A stretch of 64,000 bases of DNA. It comes from Isurus oxyrinchus (Eukaryota). The stretch covers positions 108,686,001 through 108,750,000 of the forward strand of contig JANJGN010000007.1 in the NCBI GenBank assembly GCA_026770705.1, in the 5' to 3' direction. Positions 49,626-62,744 of the stretch are shown here, piece after piece. Below the pieces are notes generated by a model. That model searched no databases. It was not told where the DNA came from and saw nothing but the letters and a program-made list of their open reading frames with translations. The position numbers and the translations under genes are program-made. Each line of letters starts with the position of its first letter. Positions within the stretch are counted from its first letter, which is position 1.

Positions 49626-51713
49626 TATGACATTTTGTATATTTAAAATAACCTATTAGTTAAAAGTTTGTACTATTTGTTTCTAATGTATTTTAAAGGA
49701 TTTTAGTTCCTATAAATATGAATCGAGGTTAATGGGATGACTTTTCCTGAGGTTCTCCACTACCACAACTACTTTTGTTTGATGGGAAAAGTTTGTCATG
49801 TGATGGCTAGCTTGGTTATCTATTTGATAGCCTCCTGAAATGCCAGATGGCGAAACAGACCTCATGGGGCTGATGTGATGTGTTCCATCATCTGTGATGC
49901 ACGGCCACAATTGCACTTTGGCTCACCCTCCCTAGTCCACTTTCAGAGCAAGTAGCTGCATCATCCATGCCGAGTACTGATTCACTTGGGCCCTGAGGGA
50001 GATCAATACCAGGGACATCTTGATGACAATCTACATGTGGCCTCCCTGTGTGGGCTAGTTCATTGGGAATGTGCCAGCTAATGTCATCAAGAAGACAAAT
50101 GAGAGTGGCTTCCTAATTTGTAAAGCATGAAAGCATCAAATATGTTCTTTCACTCATCCACTGTAACGTGAGGAAGAGCAGCTGGAACCTTGGAAAAGCT
50201 TTGTAACTTACTAGCATTTCCGTGGTATTGCAGTGGAAGGTTCAGCTACACATGGGAGAAAATGTGTAGAAATTCCCCCTGCCCCAAGCTTATTATGGTA
50301 GTACTCAGTTTAAGACTTCAATTACTGCAGAAATGTAGTATAATATTAAACCCCTGGCTGAGAAATACAGGTAAGAACATAGCATACTTGATTCATCCAG
50401 CAACGTTCATAGCTTTAAAAAAAAGCCTTGGAAGTTGCAATAGAGTCAGAAGAAAAAATCAATGCAAAACGAGTTCTCAAATACTGAATCTGCACTTTGT
50501 AATTAAATTGAGACTTTTGAGTTATGGGCCAAAGGCTCATGGAGCATCTATTGCTTCTGATTTGAACAGATGCTGTCTGAAAATGAATTTGCAGCTGCAA
50601 TGATTGACAAACTTGAGATTTGGTTTCCATTTTTGCTCTCTTCAGAGAAATGCTCACATAAAGCAATTCTTGTTTCATAATTTGAATGAATTTAAATAAT
50701 ACTGTATCACTATATTCTGAGTAGACAAGCTTCATTACAAATTGGGGAAACAAAGTTACAGACCAAGACTCACTGTAGGATACAACTAAAGCTGAAGAGA
50801 GTAAAGGGGAAAAAATCTGACTCAGAAAGCCGTAATTATTTAATGTCAAGCTTGGTTTTCAAATCCCTGTAGAATTTTAGAGGTCGGGAGTTTCACAATT
50901 AGTGGTTGAAATAGTTCCATGAATCTTAATTTCAACAAAATGAGGTTACAAGAAGAAGGTACAGTGTGTATGATGAACTATTTTGAACTTAGATGAAACA
51001 AGGGAGCAAATTCAATAGAGAAATGACCATTGTAGTATCTGAAAAATAAAGATAGATGAGAAAAGGTAGAGAGAATTTGAAAACAAGAAGGGAGAGAAGG
51101 ATGCGCTAAGAGATAAGATTGTTCATAACATCCTCTTTCAATATAGCAGGATTTAAATCTATGAAAAGATTGAAAACAAGTCTTGAGCATTAAAGTCAGT
51201 ATCAATTTTCTTGGAGACAACTTTTAGTGTTGAAATATGATGTTTCAGTGGATAATGTAGATAAATAATTCACTGGACAAAGGTTTAAATATTGAACGAA
51301 TGATAAAAGGTTAGATTTGTCAGATAATCTGCCAGCAACATAATAAAACTTCTGTAAACAGTCGAAAACAACCAATCTCTTCATTGCACTGAATGCACTG
51401 TTGTAAACTAAATTGCATAATTTTCCACTATAAAATATGTAGAGTCAAGCCGATCGAGAAAGGGCAGTAATGGTGGGAGAGGAAAATTGTAAGTAATTCA
51501 GAGTTAAGGAGATGGGAGCAATTAAAGACAGTGTCACAATAGGCAACACAAATTCAGTAAGTCTTGAGATAGTTCAAAATCCACTTCAGACACATAGCAA
51601 TCTTTGCCAAGGCTGTGGGGAAAGGGGATTTAAAAACAGGCTGCAAAACAAAAGGGAAATTGAACCTAAGGCCTACGTATGAGTCTGCAGAATAATGGTG
51701 GGATTACAAAACT

Positions 51714-52440
51714 CATAAGAATTTAAGAAATAGGAGGAGTAGGACATTTGTCTCCTCGAGTCTACCCGGTCATTCAATTATATCATGGTTGATCTGACCA
51801 TGGCTTTAATGCCACTTTCCTGCCTGCTGCCAATAACCTTTATCTGCCTTGTGGATCAAAAATCTGTCCGACTGAGAATTAAATATTTTCAATGACCCAG
51901 CTTCCACTGCCTTCTGTAAGACTAACCAAAGATAAACCACCCTCTGACAAAAGAAATTTCACGTCATCTGCATCTTAAATGGGAGACCCATTGCTTTTAA
52001 ATTGTGCCCCCTAGTTCTAGATTTCCCCACAAGTGGAAACATTCTCTCAGCATCTATGACCACCTTTCATCCTTCTAAACTCCAATGACTAAAGGCCCAA
52101 AGTGCTAAAACTTTTCTAATAAGACAACACCTTCATCCCCTTCATTCCAGGAATAAACTAGTGAACGTTCTCTCAACTGTCTCCACTGCATGTATATCCC
52201 TCCTTATGTAGGGAAACCAAAAATGTACACAGGATTGTAGGTGTAGTCTCACCAATGCCCTGTTCGGTCGCAGCATCTCCATCTCCCTTGCAATGAAGGT
52301 TAACATTCCATTTGCCTTTCTAATTACTTGCTCTACCAGCTTACTAACTTTTTTTTTGTTTCTTGGGCACAAGGACATTGAGCTCCCTCTGCACAGCAAA
52401 ACTCTGCAGCTTCTCTCCATTTAAATAGTATTCTACTGTC
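51714..52440 (-). mobile_element. CR1 3' fragment
   Basis: cataagaatttaagaaataggaggagtagg terminus; minus ORF IRKANGMLTFIAR..ALVRLHLQSCVHFWFPYIRRDI. Confidence 0.85.
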
Positions 52441-52603
52441 TGGTGGTAGTCTAACTTGTGGTGATGCATCATGAGATGTTGAAGAAGTGGTTGCCTCTGA
52501 ACCACTCTTTGGTAGCATCTTTCCATGAACTAGCAATCTGGGAGGTTCGCCAATGCTAAGTCTTGATCAGCCTGCTAGTGACTACCAACATCCTGGAAGA
52601 TAT

Positions 52604-52980
52604 CACTGACCAGAAACTGAACTGGACGAGTCATATAAATACTGTGATTACAGCAGCAGGTCAGCGGCTGGGAATTCTGTGGTGAGTAACTTACCTCCTG
52701 TGTCCCCATAGATTGTCCATCATCTACCAGGCACAACTCAGGAGTATGATGGAATAGCCTCCACTTGCCTGGAAAAGTATAGCTCCAATAACACTCAAGA
52801 AACTCAACATCATCCCGGAAAAAGCAGCCTGCTTGATTGGCACCTCAACCACCACATTGAACATCATTACCCCCACCACTGACACACAGTGGTAGCAGTG
52901 TGTATCATCTACAAGATGCACTGCAGGAACTCACCATGGATCATCCCAAAGCACCTTCCAAACCTGTGGCCTCTCCCAGT
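52604..52980 (+). mobile_element. LINE family B internal fragment
   Basis: cactgaccagaaactgaactggacgagtcatataaatactg, colinear with 49005-49340. Confidence 0.8.
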
Positions 52981-52999
52981 TCACAGTTAATCCATTAGT

Positions 53000-54170
53000 T
53001 TGCATGTATTATAAGGAAATGTTAGCTATGCACTTAACAAAGTATAGCGTAGTTAGAACAATTCATCATGGTTTTACGAAAGAGAATCCTATTTCACAAA
53101 TTTATCAGGGTTTTTCATGGTGTAACTATGAGGGTAAAGGAAGGGGAACCAGTAGATGTCGTATACTTGGGTTTCCAAAAGGCATTTAATAAGGTGCTAC
53201 ACAAAACATTAATAGGCAAATGCTCATGAGTTTTGGAGCAATATATGGCAATGAATAAAGAATTGGTTAATGTACAGGAAGCAAAGAATGGGCGTAAATG
53301 GGTTATTTTCAAGTTGGCAGACTGGATCATGGATTACCATGAGGATCACTGCTGAGGACTCAGCTATTTACAATTTACTCTGTCTTCATCTAAATCATTA
53401 TTACTGTGCCTAAGTACACTGATGATACAAAGCCAAGTGAGAAGGTAATCTAATGGAGAGGACACAGAGAGGCTGCAAAGAGTGAAAGGCAGGTAAGTGA
53501 CTAGGCATCAAGGTGGCTGATGGAGTATGGCTGATGGAGTATAATATGGAGAAGTTTGGTCGCAATAATAGGGAAGCAGGATATTTTTTGAAAGATATGA
53601 AACTTATAAATGTTGATGTTCAGCGAGGCCTGGGTGTGTTTGTACAATGAATGCATACAATTAGCATGCAGGTACAACAAGCATTTAGGAAGGCAAATGG
53701 AATGTAGGCCTTTATTGAAAGGTGATTGGTGTATTGGAATAAAGAAGTCTTGCTACAATTGTACAGGACTTTGGCAAGACCATATCTGGAATATTGTGTG
53801 CAGTTTTGATCTCCATATTTAAGGAAGGATAGACTTGCATTGGAGGCACTACAGAGAAAGTTCACTAGATTGGGATGAAAGCTTGTCCTATGTTAAAGGA
53901 CAGAGCACATTGGGATTATGTTCCCTGGAGTTTAAAGGAATGAGAGGCAGATGATTGATTTGTACAATAAACTGAAGAGGGCTTGATAGGGTAGATGCTG
54001 AGAGTTTTTTTTCCACTGGTCTGGAAATCTAAAACACGAGTGGGACAGTCTCAGGGTAAGAGGCTGATAATTTAGGACTGAGATGAGGAGAAATTATTTC
54101 ATTGACATGTTGTGAATCTTTGGAATTCTCTCCCCAGAGGGCTGTGGATGATCCATCATTGATTACATTT
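53000..54170 (+). mobile_element. Older CR1 RT fragment
   Basis: Decayed DFQKAFNKV and KYTDDTK motifs, RPYLEYCVQF; tail ttgtgaatctttggaattctctccccagagggctgtgg. Confidence 0.8.
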
Positions 54171-56645
54171 TAGGTGGCAAAGTCAATGTTTCGGATTGGG
54201 GGAGAGCAGATTTTAGCAAAATAAGGCAGGGCCTTTCCAAGGTAGACTGGAAACAGCTACTTGTGGGAAAATCTACAGAAGAGCAGTGGGTGGCATTCAA
54301 AAAGGAAAAGGGGAGGATACAGGCTCAACATGTTCCCTCCAGGATCATAGGAAGGAGTAACAAACCCAGAGAACCATGGATGAACAGAAATATTCAGGAT
54401 ACAATGAGAAGGAAAAGAGACGCTTTTAGCAGTTACAAGGTGAGCAAATCAGCGGAGGCATTAGTGGTGTACAGAAAGTGCAGGGTGGAGCTTAAGAAAG
54501 CAATTCAGAGAGCAAAGACTGGATATGAGAAAGCTCTGGCTGGTAAAAGTAGGGAACATCCCAAGATATTCTATAAGTATATCAATGGGAAGAGGATAAC
54601 CGGAGAAAGAGGAGGGCCCATTAGGGACTAAGGGGGCAATCTATGGGTGGAGCCAGAGGACGTTGGTAAAGAGTTGAACAAATACTTCACATCCGTCTTC
54701 ACCCAAAAGAATAAGGATGAAGGTATGGAACTCAAGGAGGGAGACTGCGAGGTTCTTACACAAATTTATATAGGGAGTGACAAGGTATTGGAAGTGTTAG
54801 CAGACTTAAAAGTGGACAAGTCTCCAGGTCCAAATGACTTGTGTCCCAGGTGGCTAAGGAGGGCAAGGGAGGAAATCTCAGGGGCTCTGACTGAAATTTT
54901 AATTTCCTATCTGGCTACAAGAGAGGTGCCAGATGGCTGGGGAATATCTAACGTGGTTCCACTATTAAAGAAGGGTTATAGAGATAAACCAGGGGAGTAC
55001 AGGGCAGTGAGTCTCATGTCAGTGGTAGGGAAAATTTTGGGGAAAATTCTGAAGGAGCGAATCTATCCCCACTTGGAGAAGCAAGGCTTGATTAGGGATA
55101 GTTAGCATGGCTTTGTCAGAGGGAAGTCATGCCTAACGAATTTGATTGAAGTTTTTGAGGAGCTCTCCAGGTTTGTAGATGAGGGTAGTGCAGTTGATGT
55201 AGTTTATATGGATTTCAGCAAAGCCTTTGACACGGTCCCACATGGGAGACTTATAAAGAATGCAAATGCACATGTTATACAGAGTAATTTTATAAGATGG
55301 ATTCAAAATTGGCTTACTTGTAGGAGACAGAGGGGGATTACAGAAGGCTGCTTTAGTGAGTGGAAGCCAGAGTCCAGTGGCATGCCACTGGACCTATGCA
55401 GGGTGCTCAATTATTCACAATTTACTTAAACAAAATAGCTGACTATGTGGGGCAGGGAGGTGGTGGGGGGGTGCGCAGTTGGGAGGGAGGTGGGTCTGGT
55501 GGGTAGGGCTGGTAAGTTTGTGGATGACACAAAGATTGGCTGGATGGTTAACAGTGAGGTTGAGTGCCTTGGGCTACAGGAAGATGTAGACGGGGTGGTC
55601 AAATGGTAAGTGGCAGATAAACTTTAACCCTGACAAGTGTGAGGTGATACACTTTGGAAGGATTAATTTGACAAGGAAGTATTCAATGGATGGCATGACA
55701 CTAGGAAGTTCTGAGGAACAAAGTAACCTTGGTGTGTGTGTCCATCGATCTCTGAAGGCGGAGGGTCATGTTAGTGGGGTGGTGTAAAAGGCATATGAGA
55801 CACTTCCCTTCATCAAACGAGGCATATATTACAAAAGTAGGAAGTTCTGGAATGCGCTGCCTGGGAAGGTGGTGGAGGCGGGTTGCCTCACATCCTTTAA
55901 AAAGTACCTGGATGGGCACTTAGCATGTCACAACATTCAAGGCTATGGGCCAAGTGCTGGAAAATGGGATTAGGTAGGTAGGTCAGGTATTTCTCACGTG
56001 TTGGTGCTGACTCAATGGGCCAACAGGCCTCTTCTGCACTCTGTGATTCTGTCATGTTGGAGTTGTATAGAACCTTGGTGAGACCACAGCTGGAGTACTG
56101 CATGCAGTTCTGGTTGCCACATAATAGGAAGAATGTGATTGCACTGGAAGGGGTGCAGAGAAGATTCACCAGGATGTTGCCTGGGACGAAACATTTGAAC
56201 TATGAAGTGAAGTTGGATAGACTTGAGTTGTTTTCGTTGGAGCAGAGAAGACTGAGGGGGGACCTGATCAATGTGTAAAGGATTATGATGGGCATGGACA
56301 GGTTGGATAGGGGGCAACTGTTCCCCCTGTTGAAGGGTCCGTCACGAGGGGACACAAGTTCAAGGTGAGTGGCAGGAGGTTTAGGGGAAAGGTGAGGAAA
56401 AACATTTTTACCCAGATGGTGGTGATGGTCTGGAATGAGCTGCCAGGAAGGGTAGTGGAGGCGGGTTGCCTCACATCCTTTAAAAAGTACCTGGATGAGC
56501 ACTTCGCACGTTGTAACATTCAAAGCTATGTGCCAAGTGCTGGTAAATGGGATTAGGTAGATCGGTCAGGTGTTTCTCATGTGTTGGTGCAGACTCGATA
56601 TGCTGAAGGGCCTCTTCTGCACTGTGTGATTCTGTGATTCTGTGA
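54170..56645 (+). mobile_element. Younger 5'-truncated CR1 ORF2 with an extra copy of its 3' tail inserted at ~55846-56050
   Basis: KVDKSPGPN, NVVPLLKKG, VYMDFSKAFDTVPHGRL, KFVDDTK, LVRPQLEYCMQFW; terminus ctgtgattctgtgattctgtga. Confidence 0.92.
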
Positions 56646-57282
56646 CAGGTCTTTGGTCCCTTAGGGAATCCAGGGATAGGGGGAGCTGGCAGGAAAGTCA
56701 AATTGAAGCCCAATGTCAGTCATGATTGTATCGAATGGCAGTGTAGGCTCAACGGGCTGTATGGTAAACTCCAGCTCTATTTTTTGCTTAATTGGAAGCT
56801 TCTGGGCTGCAGGCTTCTCACTCCCTCACCCTCGTTTTGAAAATTGAGAAACAACGCTGAGGCATTGGAAGATTCACATGGCAGCAGGGGAATAATTTTC
56901 GAAGTACACACACGCCCAATATTGCCCCCGTGGGTGTTTCAAGATCCAACACTCTTAATTGTGCCACATTTTTGTGGGGGGTCGGAGGAGCTTTATCTCT
57001 CTTCAAATATGCCATTCCCAATCTGGAAGTTCTTAGTACCTAGAATGGAAATGGCCCAATCTTCAAAATTAACATTGTTCACCTTGATCAGCGGAAAAGT
57101 AAATTGCATAAAATATTATCGAAGAATTGAAGTAGTATTTTTCACCCTAAAGTTTACTTATTGCAGATTAATAAATTAGTTCATATATCCATTCGATCTG
57201 TTATCATTTCTGTATTTGTATAATTGATGAATATTAACTCTAGAAGTCCAACCATTAATGTGGTGAGGTGGCTCCTCCTTAC

Positions 57283-57405
57283 CTTTATATATTTTGTAAC
57301 ATCAGAATTTATAACAAAGCACCAGTGCAGTAATCAGAAGCAGTAAAGCGATTGCTCTACAGAGGCTGATCCACCAAGGAAAAGTGGGATTGGAGTCATT
57401 TTCTG
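57283..57405 (-). CDS. Transmembrane exon of gene 2
   Basis: tttgcctag|CAG (NAGNAG) ... AAAG|gtaagg, 123 nt. Encodes AENDSNPTFPWWISLCRAIALLLLITALVLCYKF*CYKIYK. Confidence 0.75.
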
Positions 57406-58409
57406 CTAGGCAAATGCAAAGCAAAAAAAAAGTCATTCTTTTGTGGAAGGAATACAATTGTACAGCATGTTAGCAGGTTCATAATTCACCTCTCAGACCC
57501 CAGATCTTTCTCCCGGCTCTATATGGATGATGTTATGAATTTATGCTTCCTGAACAAATACAGAACACCAGCTTTCACATCCAATATTCCAACTACTGCT
57601 CTTGGGCCATAAAAGGTTTGAATCATGACTGTCAAACCCATAAACTTCCACTTCTTGAGGTACAACAAGCATGAGAATGTCAAACTTGTTCCTGCTTTGT
57701 GTGGGCTAACGCTGTCCATGATTCAGTCCAGATTAGCAATAATAGGTTTTACCAATTAAACAATCCATAGGGCTTGCTAATGGGAGTGAAAAGATTGCAT
57801 AGGTACAGTTGATGGTGCTCTCATAAAGATGGAGTTAAAAGCATCTACTCTGCATCTTGCTCATTAGAGATGAAGCACAGGATCAGCCATGATCATATTG
57901 AATTGCAGTACAGGCTGAAAGGGCTGCACAGTCTAATCCTGCTCCTATTTTGTGCATTTTTGTGTTCTTAATTGAACTCAGAAGTGTTTGAAGCTCTAAC
58001 AAAGAAAATATTCTTCTCCGCAGCACTTGCCTTGGTCTAGATCAAAATAAAGCACCCCAGGCATAATTTAAAAAAAAGATGTGTCCAAGATAAGGCAGCA
58101 AGAAAATATGTTGAACTGGGGGAAACGCATTTGCAAAAATGCAGCAACAACTTCATAAATGTTTGTGAACACTTTTGCTCCTATTTCCAAAGAAACTATA
58201 AATATGCTGGTAAAGAACACAGGCTAATTAGAAATGCTGAACAGAGCAGATCTTTAAACATGTATTTATTGCTTGAACTCTTGCCACAATATCTCGGCCT
58301 GCACATATTGCAATAGTCAAATGTTGAATCTTTAACTCTTTATATAGAAGTCATATGAATAATTAGGATTATTGGCATCCATTTGTTTCTGTCTATCCTG
58401 TTTAATGAA

Positions 58410-58700
58410 ATAACTTGCATTTATATAAGCATCTGTCACACACTCGGTCAATCCTGAAGTGCTTTACAGCCTGTTAATTATATTTTAAAGTGTAGTCACT
58501 GTAATAATGTTGGAAACATGCAGCCAATTTGTGTACAGCGAAGTCCCACAAACACCAGTGAAATAAGTGACTGCTTCATCTGTTTCAGTAACGTTAGTTG
58601 AATTAAGTGATAGTCATAACACTGGGAGATCTGCCCTGCTCTTTTTTCAAAAGTGTCAAGGAATCTTTCATGACCACGTATGAGAGGACAAATTAAGTTT
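58410..58700 (-). mobile_element. DeuSINE-like (SacSINE1-type) remnant
   Basis: aacttgcatttatata..gtgtagtcactgtaataatg..cagccaatttgtgtacagc..cccacaaaca, recognised from memory of the family. Confidence 0.65.
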
Positions 58701-59254
58701 CCTGCTCCTGTAGGTTATACAATTGGTGACAGATACTGCCTAAACTTACATGTCGATGAGGCACTGGTGGTGTGGTAGATGTAGGTCTCTCAGAAGACGA
58801 GGGAGGAGACAGATAGAAAAAAAAACACGAGGTTACTGCCAATGGGAACTCATTCAATCTTTTACTTATTAGGTTACCTGCTCTAAGGTCCCTTTGTCCT
58901 GCAACAATTAGTGTGCATCAAACAGTGAAGCCAATGGTCAGCACGTATGCCTACTTGCTCATGTCACTGTGAAATGTGAAAGGCAGAGTTCTGCACACAC
59001 ACTAAAACTTATGAAGGGCCATCATCCACTGACCTCCACTAACAAATAACTTTCTGGTGACTTGGAAACAATTGGTGGGATAGTGAGACAACCGTGATTC
59101 TCTGTTGCTTTAACTTTAATCTTTCATAATTACCATCCGCAAATTGCCTTGTTATTGCTGTCTTCTGGCCGTCAGTACTCATCAGCTGAGATCTGTACTT
59201 CAGTCATACAAAACGGCAGGCTGCGGCAATGATCAATAATAAGCAACCCATGAG

Positions 59255-59597
59255 CTTGGACTAGTGATCCAGATACAAGAGTTTAAATACCACCACAGAA
59301 AATTTAAATTCATTAAACTAATTAAATCTAGAATCAATAACGTTGACCATGTAACTTCTGGGTTGTCAAAATAGCCCATCTGGTTCACTAGTGTCCTTCA
59401 CGAAAGGAAATTTGGCATCCTTACCAAGATTAGCCTTTATGTAACTCCAGACCCACTCTTCACTGTCTTCTGGCATAGCCTGGAAAGCCTGTTGCATTCA
59501 AGTTTGCGGATTACCACCACCTACCCAAAGATAATTGGAGATGGGCAATAAATATTTTCAGTGGTGCTCATATCCTAAAAATGAATTAGAAAAATGT
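59255..59597 (+). mobile_element. tRNA-derived SINE sharing its 3' tail with LINE family B
   Basis: ggactagtgatccaga..gagtttaaataccacc head; cccatctggttcacta body; gatgggcaataaata tail, as at 27417-27430. Confidence 0.7.
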
Positions 59598-60231
59598 ATG
59601 GCTCTGGTACATCGTGTTCACCTACCCACAAATGGCCGTAAATCACAATGCATTGTCAGGTCTATGTTATTTTGTGTTTTTTTTGCTCTTTTCTTGCCTT
59701 CTCCCTTTTCACTCATGTTCAGTCAAAAAGTCCCAAATTTAAATCCTGATCTTAGTTAGGTTAGCCAATGTGAGCAGCTGCTGATGTGCTACAATTGGCC
59801 TCAATACTAGTCTTCTAAGGAGTATAAAATAATAGATCAGCCAAAACACCTAATTGATTTCCTGTGGTAACTATATGTGCACGCACGTAGGGCATTTGCA
59901 AGTGGCATCATCATACATGAAGAACATGCAATTAAGTGAGGTGCCACGAGGTTACGTTAGCACGGCTCAGTGCACCCAGGAAATGAAAAGATAGAACGCA
60001 GGAAAACATTGAATAAAAGTAAGCTTTAAAAGTTGTGGAAAATCATGTCAGTGATCTCAGCAAATACAGCTGATGTACTATGCCAGACTCAACCAGCTTC
60101 ACTGAGTTCACAATTACTGAAAAAAATCACCAGCACTGCACTTTCTGGCATTACCGGGAAAACATTTCCTGCAAAATGCAGTGAATCCACAATATACAGT
60201 GTTTTCACAATTAAATAGAATTTGATCCTAC

Positions 60232-60526
60232 CTGCAAAGTGGACAGTGTAATTGACCCAAGTTGGAATCTTAAGGGTCGAATGAGATACCTCACAGGTAT
60301 AATCAATCCCTCTGAGCAGGCTGTAGCTTTTCCAAATAACTGGAAGCTTCATATAGCCCCTTAGCATTCTTCTTTCTGGATGTCTTTACTCCAACATTAA
60401 CCTTTTGACCATCATTACGCCAAACAATGGTGAAATCAGCAGGATAGAATTCAGATGTTTTACACAAATACGTTAGAAATCCATTTGCAGTGAACATTGA
60501 CAACATCGTCAGGGGGAATGGAGAAG
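60232..60526 (-). pseudogene. C1-set Ig exon of gene 2 (frameshifted)
   Basis: gttcctatag|CT ... GCAG|gtagga, 295 nt. Frame A gives SPFPLTML...YLCKTSEFYPADFTIVWRNDG...GLYEASSYLEKLQPAQ; frame B gives GIDYTCEVSHSTLKIPTWVNYTVHFA. Shift at ~60310. Confidence 0.88.
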
Positions 60527-61699
60527 CTATAGGAACATTAAAAAAATAAGTTTCTTTTATTTCCAAGTTGGATACGATATACTGATATATTCCTCCTAGC
60601 CATCATTTCACAATATTGAAGTTGTGCTTTACCTATGAATATTAACTGCTTCATAGTTCATAGAAACGGCATTCTGGTTGTGAATTATCTTGCATCCATT
60701 TTCAGAGCTGGCAACTGAGAACAGGCAAAATGTTTACAACACATTATGATGCACTAGCACTGCATACAAAAATGTAGATTGTGTAAGAATTTATTCCTGA
60801 ATATATTGTCAATTTGTGCAATCTCTGGTCTGCTCTAGATTAACCAGAATCCTTTTGCATAGTTGAAATTTGGCTGAGCGTCCCAGAGCTAGATACGGAA
60901 AATTAAATCAGCTCAGGTTTCAAATTGCTACCCAATTGTGCCTGTGGAAATGTCCACTGAGATCACGATCCAGGCTACAATTGGCTTTAATTGTAATATT
61001 TCATGAAACTCATTGTCCAGCCTAACACATCGGATATTTAAGCACGATTTATGTTCAACAGCTAAAAGAGGGAGAGCTGAATGATAATGATCCCTGATGT
61101 AAACTACTTGTGTACAATGTGACAGGTCATTTGTTTAAATTTGTAAAAGAAAAATGCAGAGCTTTGGGGAAAGGGCAGGGGATTAAGAGCTGCTCTTGCA
61201 GAGAGTTGGCACAAACATGCAGGGCTGAATGGCGTCCTTTTGTGCGACAACCATTTTATGATTCTATTCTGTTGTCCTAAATTTGAATTAGTTGGGATCA
61301 AGAAAAAATTTAAACTAATTATGACTTTTTTCCAGAATAAATGTTTCAGCAAAAAATAATAATTGCCAATTTTAATAGAAGGCTTAGCACCACAATCTAC
61401 AGCACAGAAACATGTCATTCGGCCAAGCTAGTCTACGCTGGTGTTTATACTCCAAAAGATCCACTTCCTATACTATCTAATATCTCTCTATTCCCTTCTT
61501 CATTTGTTCATCAAGCCTTCCTTAAAAGGTGACAATGCAATCTTCTTTAAACACTAATAGATTTAGCTCTTGCATGGTTGTGGGGAAGGAAAATTGCTGG
61601 TTACCCTGCATAGCAACAGTTTAAGTGCATTCATGTGGGTCAGTTTCATATAAATACATTAAATCATTTACACACTATCGCACAGTACAGCTTCAATGC

Positions 61700-62020
61700 T
61701 TAATATTACAGTTAGGAGCAGGAGACGACCAGATGATCTCCCAGGCTTGCTCTGTCATTAAATAAAACAATTGTTGTTCTGATTTCAATTCCACTTTCCA
61801 GCTTGCTTCTTATTACCTTGACGTCCCTATGGTTCATGAACTTGTCCGTCTCAGCCCTGAATATATTCAATGACTTAGCTCCCACAGCTGTCTGAGGTAC
61901 AGAATTCCAAAGATTCACGAATTTGAGAAGAAATTCCTCCTCAGCTTCGTCCTAAATGGACAACCTCTTATTGTGAAACTCAATCTCTAATTATAGATTC
62001 CCCTTTAAGGGGAAAGAGTT
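61700..62020 (-). mobile_element. CR1 3' fragment
   Basis: Minus ORF MNLWNSVPQTAVGAKSLNIFRAETDKF. Confidence 0.8.
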
Positions 62021-62744
62021 CTCTAGGTTAAAGTTTATAGTAAAATTCTAAATGTATTCTTTCCAATTTCACTAAAATCTCCATTCACAGAAAATCGTTA
62101 TGCCTATGTTTATATGGTGCAACATAAAGGCCATAGTAATTTTGGTTCCTCCCGAAGTGTTCTAGCAGACATTTTAACATAAAAATGGAACTAAGACTGT
62201 TTTAATTCCTGAATTTTTACATTTTAATATTAAGTTTATCTTTCTGCTTCATATCACTGTGTCCAGGGACATGCAAGCATAATTAAAATGCAAATATTTA
62301 AATTCATTTTGATTTAAACATTCACAAATCTGGTGATAAATGGCCTCAAAGCAGGAAAAAATGTGGAATTTTAACTTCCGCTGCCTAAGTGAAACTGCAT
62401 TTGGCTATGCTACACCTGACCTGGGAGGTGCATCCTCCCAAACGGAGGGATGGAGGGCTAACACTGGGTGTCCAAATGGGACGATTTGCATTCTGCAGCA
62501 TTAACCTCAAAGAGCATTTTTTCTTTTAAAATCACAATAAGATGCTGTGATGTTATGTATTGTCAGGAGCTAAACCATAAAAATAGTTCCTTCTAATTTT
62601 TTTCCCTTTGTCAGATAAAATGCACATCACGATTAAAGTTGAACTTCCATTTACATAGCTTCTTTTACAATGATCCAAAGCACTTTGCAGCCAACAAAAT
62701 ACACAACAACCTATTTGGCCACAGAAAATTCCTATAAAGAGGTG

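Larger units (their letters stand above)
48089..60526 (-). pseudogene. IgSF receptor gene 2 (C1-TM-cytoplasmic part; leader and V presumably beyond 64000); probably a pseudogene
   Basis: C1 exon paralogous to gene 1, TM exon, and a candidate terminal exon, all joinable in phase 1. Frameshift in C1 and TGA just after the TM. Confidence 0.7.

Noticed and set aside
50212-50245. 34-nt minus-strand micro-exon candidate for gene 2 (tgtag|CTGAACC..GCTA|gtaagt)
   Set aside because: Good splice signals, but not frame-preserving between the phase-1 TM and terminal exons; unsupported without cDNA.
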